Shown here: piece after piece, positions 57,755-64,000 of the stretch
Layout of the letters: each line of letters starts with the position of its first letter
How positions within the stretch are numbered: the first letter of the stretch is position 1
DNA from: the human T2T-CHM13v2.0 reference genome, Homo sapiens
NCBI RefSeq assembly: GCF_009914755.1
Contig: NC_060928.1
Reading direction: 5' to 3' (one strand)
Length of the DNA stretch: 64,000 bases
Notes under the pieces: generated by a model
Seen by the model: only the letters and a program-made list of their open reading frames with translations
Database searches by the model: none
Told to the model about the DNA's origin: nothing
Program-made: the position numbers and the translations under genes

Positions 57755-58412
57755 CACACCATCACTTCACTTTTAGTATATATTTCTTTAATTGTGAGAT
57801 GAGTATTTTGCAGGCAGCATATAGTTATATCTTGGTTGTTTTTTAATCCACTCCATATCTTTTAATTAGAGAATTTAACTCATTTACATTCAGGGTTATT
57901 ATTTCTATATAAAAACTTACTTCTTCCATTTTGTTAATTGTTTTCTGGTTGTTTTGTAGGTCCCTTGTTCTTTTCTTTCTCTCTTATTTTTTACCTCTGT
58001 GGTTTGGTGGTTTTCTATGGTGCTCTGCATTTTCTTTCTCTTTGATTTTATGTGCTGTATTGTCTCTGTGGTTACCACAGGCCTAACATGAAGAGTCATA
58101 TAGTTATAATACACTTTTTTAAAAGGTGATAGCAACTTTAATTTAGTCACATAAAAGTACTCTAGAAGCTTTCCTCCCCCACCCCACTTTATATTTATTT
58201 TGCCTTAATTTACATATTTCTCTATTAGATGTTCCTTAGCCAATAATTGTAGCTGTTGTTATTTATGACCATTGTGACTTTAAACTTTTATGCCTCATGA
58301 TTGACAGATTTACATAGCACCATTATATCACTGAATATCTGTGCTTGATTTGTAAAGTTATTTCTATTATTGATTTTAATAATTTCACGTGTTTTTATGT
58401 TAGCGAAATTTT

Positions 58413-59003
58413 TGGGACATAAGAAACATGAAAAAGCAAGAAAATATGTTAAAGGAACATGAAAAAGCAAGAAAATATGTTAACTTCAAAGAAACAAATT
58501 ATCTAGTAACAGACCCCAAATAACATAATAGTTATGACATGCCTGAAAAGGAATTCAATTCTTGAAAAAGATATAGACATACAGATAAAAAGCACCAAGA
58601 TTTCCAAATTGGTTTAACTGCAAAATGTCCTCACCGGGGCACATTATACTCAAACTGTCAAAAGACAAAGATAATTCTTTAAAAAGGAAAAAAAAAAAAA
58701 AAAAAAAAGTATCAAGTTACCTGTAAGAAAATCTCTAATAGATTTTCAGCAGATTTTGCAATAGATACTTCGTAGGCCAGAAGAGAATAAGATGATATAT
58801 TCAAAGTACTGAAAACAAAAAAAAAGCTGTCAACGAAGAATGCTATGTCCAGCAAAACTATCTTTCAGAAATGAAGGACAAATCAGGGCCTTCCCAGACA
58901 AACAAAAGCTGAGGAATTTCATTACCACTGGACTAGACTTAAACTAAATGCTTAAGAGAGTATTACAATTAAAAATAAAAGGGAAAAATTATTCCAATAT
59001 GAA
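58413..59003 (+). mobile_element. Inverted L1M ORF1 segment inside the minus-strand L1MA
   Basis: Sense ORF1 motifs 'ggccagaagagaat..gatgatatattcaaagtactgaaa' and 'ttcccagacaaacaaaagctgaggaatttcattaccac'. Confidence 0.85.
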
Positions 59004-60682
59004 GATCTCTACATCGATATCTTTTCATCTAGTGGAATAGTCATTTCCAGTATTGTAAAGTAGCTTTTGTATGAAGAATTCTTTTTTTTTTTCCTATAGA
59101 TTGATTCCAGGGTGTTGTTTAGCTATACTGAATTGGCTTTGGTTCTGTGTGGACTAAGCATCACGATATTCATGCAGTTTCTTCAGATGTAATACTCATC
59201 AGCAAGGTCTGTGATTGACTCATTGGCCTAGGCTATAGGATTTTGTGATGATAGTGATGTGATTTTGCTGGGGCCCAGAGTGCTAACCTCGTTGTTGGGC
59301 TGCATGTGTACAGATGTGAAGTGTAACATGTTGTACACTTGTCTGTCCAGGGAGGTAGGGCTGCCAGTGGAGTGGAGTCAAGTCTAGTGTGTATGGAAAC
59401 AGTGGTGCTGGGTGGCCCTGCAGTATTCTGTTCAGGGGATGGGGCTGCTGGTGGACTAGCTCTTTTCAGGTACAAGTGCACATGGTTACAGTGGAGCCAG
59501 ATAGCCCTGCATTGGTGTGTCCAGGAGGATGAGCCACTGTTGGGTTTGCTGTCAGGTTGGGCACAGGCATGTGAGAGTGTGGCAGGGCTATAAAGCTGTG
59601 TGACAGTCTTTCAGGGGATGAAGCCACTGAAACACCAGCTTTTGTGACAGGGATAAGCACATGTGGGCTTTCTGGGCTAATCAGCTCTGTAGTGTGAGTT
59701 GTCATGGGTAAGGTTGACGGCCAGCTGCTTGACAGCTTCCAATCTGCATGTTAGCCTTTTTGGTAGGGTGAAGTGGGGATGGAATACCAGAAAGGTTCAA
59801 AGACTGGGATGTCGGTGACATTATTTGGCCTAGTCTCTAGATATCTGGGGTTATTTTACTGCAGACACCCATGCAAATATGGTGAAATAATGGTGAGGCC
59901 TCAGGGATGACAGATAGTCAGTTGCTACTGGCCTCTGGCACAGGATGCACCCTAGTAATGGGTCTGGCTTTAAGATGGCACTTAGCTATAGCAGCTTTTG
60001 TCACAAGGGTCATGTGTGTTCAAGCTAGGCACGTACTCTGAGGCAATGCAGTTGTGTGAACTCAGCTACTCTACAAACTAGATTCATGTTCTGGGAAAAC
60101 TGGAAGACTTTCCTTTCGCAAGGTTTGCTGGCATTTGTGGCAGCAGTGGGGATCATGAGGGATTTCCAGCTTACCTTTTTCCTTTAAGAAAAAGTACACA
60201 CTGACTCAGAGCTGATTCTGGCAGAGGACACAGCTGCTGGCAGAGGCAGAATGTTTGGCTCCCTTAACTATGGTCTATCCTGGGATTCCATACTGTACAG
60301 GAATTTTTCGATTCCCCTGGTGCCCTCTAGTGTACTTCTTCATTTACTGTCATCAAAATGTAGTTTAATAATTGTTTTGGTCCTTTTGGGGGCTGGGAGG
60401 TAACTCTAATTGCCATTTTGCTGATATGATAGCATTCCCGATAACTTAAATATTTTTAATATGCTCAAGAGCAACTAAAATCAGGTGCTACATAACAAAA
60501 TTTCCATCAATGCTGGACCACGTATACAATGGTAGGCCCACACAATTATAATGGTGCTAAAAATTTCCTATCACCTAGTGACATTATTACCATCCCAAGT
60601 GCAATGCATTATTTTTGTGTTGGTGATGATGGTGGTATAAACAAACCTATTGTACTGCCAGTCCTAAAAGTGTAGCACATGC

Positions 60683-61833
60683 CTTCTTTTCAGAAGTGTC
60701 TGTTCATATCATTCACCCACTTTTTGATGGGGTTGTTTGTTTTTTTCTTGTAAATTTATTTAAATTCCTTGTAGATTCTGGATATTAGCCCTTTGTCAGA
60801 TAGATAGATTGCAAAAATGTTCTCCCATGCTGTAGGTTGCCTGTTCATTCTGATGATAGTTTCTTTTGCTGTGCAGAAGCTCTTTAGTTTAATTAGATCC
60901 CATCTGTCAATTTTGGCTTTTGTTGCCATTGCTTTTGGTGTTTTAGTCATGAAGTCTTTGCCCGTGCCTATGTCCAGAATGGTATTGCCTGGTTTTTTTT
61001 TCCTAGGGTTTTTATGGTTTTAGGTCTTACGTTTAAGTCTTTAATCCATCTTTTATGAGGCAAACAAACATATCAAAAAAAACTTATCATCACTGGTCAT
61101 TAGAGAAATGCAAATTAAAACCACAATGGGATACCAGTTCATGCCAGTTAGAATGCCGATCATTAAAATGTCAGGAAACAACAGACGCTGGAGAGGATGT
61201 GGAGAAATAGAAATATTTTCACACTGTTGGCGGGAGTGTAAATTAGTTCAACCATTGTGGAAGACAAGGTGGCAATTCCTCAAGGTTCTAGAACCAGAAA
61301 TATAATTTCACCAAGCTATTCCATTACTGGGTATATACACAAAGGATTATGAATCTTCCTACTATAAAGACACATACACAGATGTTTATTGCAGCACTGT
61401 TCACAATAGCAAAGACTTGGAACCAACCCAAATGCCCATCAATGATAGACCGGGGAAAGAAAAAGTGGCACATATCCACCAAGGAATATAATGTAGCCAT
61501 AAAAACAGATGAGTTCATGTCCTTTGCAGGGACATGGATGAAGCTGGAAACCATCATTCTCAGCAAACTAACACAGGAGCCGTAAGCCAAACACCACATG
61601 TTCTCACTCATAAGTGGGAGTTGAACAATGAGAACACATGGACACAGGGAGGGGAACATTGCACACGGGGGCCTGTCAGGGTTGGGGGTGCTAGGGGTGG
61701 GATAGCATTAGGAGAAATACCTAATGTAGATGACGAGTTGATGCATGCAGAAAACCACCATGGCACATGTATACCTATGTAACAAAACTGCATATTCTGC
61801 ACTGGTATCTCAAATTTTAAAGTATTTTTTTAA
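60683..61833 (+). mobile_element. 5'-inverted L1PA7-like insertion (inverted part about 60683-61052, sense part about 61052-61833)
   Basis: ORF2 relics 60756..60950(-) and 61108..61585(+); 17-bp TSD aaaagt(g/a)tagcacatgc at 60666-60682 and 61834-61850. Confidence 0.95.
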
Positions 61834-61862
61834 AAAAGTATAGCACATGCAATTGTATACAG

Positions 61863-62192
61863 CAGCAGTCCCCAAACTTTTTGGCACCGAGGACCAGTAT
61901 CATGGAAGACAATTTTTCCATGGACCAGAGGAAGAGGGAATGGTTTCCGGATGAAACTGTTCTACTTCAGATAATCTGGCATTAGCTTGATTCTCACAAG
62001 GAGCATGCAACCTAGATCCCTCACTGCACAGTTCACAGTAGGGCTCACACTCCTATGAGAATCTAATGCTACTGATGATCTGACAGGAGGCAGAGCACAA
62101 GCAGCAATGCTTGCTTGCCTGCCACTTACCTCCTGCTGTGTGGCCCGGTTCCTAAAAGGCCAAAGACCAGTCCCCATGGTTGGGGACCCCTG
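61863..62192. mobile_element. MER1B hAT-Charlie element
   Basis: Terminal inverted repeats 'cagcagtccccaa' and 'ttggggacccctg'; degenerate 8-bp TSD gtatacag / atgtgcag. Confidence 0.92.
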
Positions 62193-63539
62193 ATGTGCAG
62201 TACATAGTACTTGATAATAATAATAAATGATCACGTTACTGTTTATGCTTTTACTATACTACATATTTTATTGCTATTTTAAAGTATACTCCCCCACTTA
62301 TTAACAAAGGATAAATACAACCACCTCATCCAGGTCTTTCATGAGATGTTCCAGAAGAGTCATATTATTATAAGAGGTGGCAGCCCCATGTGTATCATTA
62401 CGCTGAAGACATTCCAGTGGGACAGACAAGATGTGGAGGTGAAAGACAGTGATAGTGATGATCCTGATCTTGTATAAGCCTAGGCTAATGTGTGTGTTTC
62501 TGTATTTTTTTTAAGTTTAAAATGTTAAAAAGAGTTTAAAATAGAAAAAGACATAGAACTGAATAAAAAAGAAGAAAATATTACATATTTGGAGAGCTGT
62601 ACAATGTTTTAAGCTATGTGTTTTAAAAGAGTCAAAAAGTTTTTAAGAATTAAAAAATTTAAAAGTAAAAATTACAGTAAGCTAATTTATTATAATTTTT
62701 TTATAAATTTAATTTAGCCTAAGTGTACAGTGTTTTTAAAGTCTATAGTAGTGTACAGCAATGTCCTAGGCCCTCACATTCTCTTACCACTCACTCACTG
62801 ACTCACTTACTCCTGCAAGTTCCATTTATGATAAGTACACTACCCAGGTGTACCATTTTTTCTGTTTTATACTGTTTTTTTTCTGTATATTTTCTATGTT
62901 TAGACACACAAATATATACCATTGTGTTACAGCTACCTACAGTATTCAGTACAGTAAAATGCTATGCAGGTTTATATATTAATACTAGGAACAATAGACT
63001 ATGCCACATGACCTAGGTGTTTAGTGCACTATAACATATAAATTTGTGTACGTATACACTATGATATTTGACAAAATCCCCTAAGACACATTTCTTGGAA
63101 CATATCCCCTTCATTAAGAAATGCATAACTGCATATTTCTCTTTCTGTTTTTTCTATATCATTTTTTATCCTCCTAATTATTCCTTTTTTTGTTTAGGTT
63201 TTATAGCTAATATTTAATCAATTTTATAGAATTAAAGAGAGCCACAGAAATTTACCCACGTTTAAAGGAAAAAAAAATCTTCTGTTTTTTCCTTTAAATA
63301 AAAATTTTGTCTTAACCCCAACTTGATATTAATTACCACTTCTAACAGAAAAAAAACCATCTGAAGGTCACTTAGTAGAGACCCTGTCAAACTGTAGATT
63401 ATTGCTCAGAGGAAAACATTGGGAATTTGGCCTCCGTAGACATGAGATTTTTAAAAATCATTACATAATTAACACATTAATCTGTATGGCAATTTTTTTT
63501 AGCTCTAAATGTTGTATAAAATGTAATTTTAAAGACTGA

Positions 63540-63680
63540 AAGGATCTTACCATTCACCTAAGGCACTTAAATCTCAGAGAGATGGAGTGACTTTTGAAGA
63601 CACATAGCTTCCCAAATCCAGAGATTCAGCACTAAGAGCCAAGACTTCTGAATCAAAGGCCAGAGCCCTTATGTCATTTG
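63540..63680 (-). mobile_element. MIR SINE fragment
   Basis: 'tcagagagatggagtgactt..cacatagct..ttctgaatcaaaggccagagccctt'. Confidence 0.55.
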
Positions 63681-64000
63681 TAAACAGTTTGCTATGTGTC
63701 TCAGCTTTAATGCTGTCTCTACCTTGATTTTTGAAAACTAACACTAGAAGGGGAAAAATTAAAAATAATAAAAAATTAGACTTTAAAAAATATTGTTATT
63801 GTGACACATTTTATCACTTATTAGAGAAATAGCTCATAGACTCTTTCTTAATTATGTGCTGAAAAAGAGAATGCTATATATTATAAATTATTTGAGCTTG
63901 TGTCTTCCCAGAGGCATGGCTTTAAACTGTAGAGTATAAGGTTAATGGTAGAGCTTGAGATTTTCTGATCTATCTATGTTCCTCTGAAATATTTAGGGAA

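Larger units (their letters stand above)
48250..60430 (-). mobile_element. Fragmented L1MA-type LINE hosting nested insertions (pieces about 48250-48850, 55467-56320, 56700-57335, 57755-60430)
   Basis: 3'UTR at 48.3-48.5 kb; ORF2 reads through from 'gatcatagtgaat' (48833-48845) to 'agtgaataatatttttaacgtgctgttggatt' (55467); 5'UTR-like sequence 59.0-60.4 kb ending 'gccattttgctgat'. Confidence 0.8.
60480..63131. mobile_element. Tigger3 (Tigger3b-like) DNA transposon with nested L1PA and MER1B
   Basis: 'ggaccacgtatacaatggt..ttataatgg.gctaaaaatttcctatcacctagtgac' through terminus 'catatccccttcattaagaaatgcataactg'. Confidence 0.88.

Overview
This window is AT-rich, repeat-dense primate (probably human) nuclear DNA, either intergenic or deep intronic. 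I recognise no host protein-coding exon, RNA gene or CpG island. Every ORF with a recognisable product is a decayed L1, Alu or THE1 relic, and the rest look like chance or simple-repeat ORFs. The repeats include L1PA and L1M LINEs, Alus, MIR and L2, MaLR, ERVL and ERV1 LTRs, a complete THE1 provirus with a perfect 5-bp TSD, and DNA transposons (MER45-type hAT, MER58, MER5, MADE2, Tigger3, MER1B). I found no convincing new biological system. The most unusual signals are mechanistic scars. There are three 5'-inverted (twin-primed) L1s, one about 130 bp long with a 13-14 bp inversion and one lacking about 1.5 kb. There is an L1 whose 5'UTR joins ORF2 at a CAG, possibly a spliced retrocopy. There is a 102-bp templated copy of nearby unique DNA inside an LTR, and an internal inversion covering roughly ORF1 of an old L1. 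Subfamily names come from my recall of consensus sequences, not from a RepeatMasker/Dfam run, and boundaries of old repeats are approximate.
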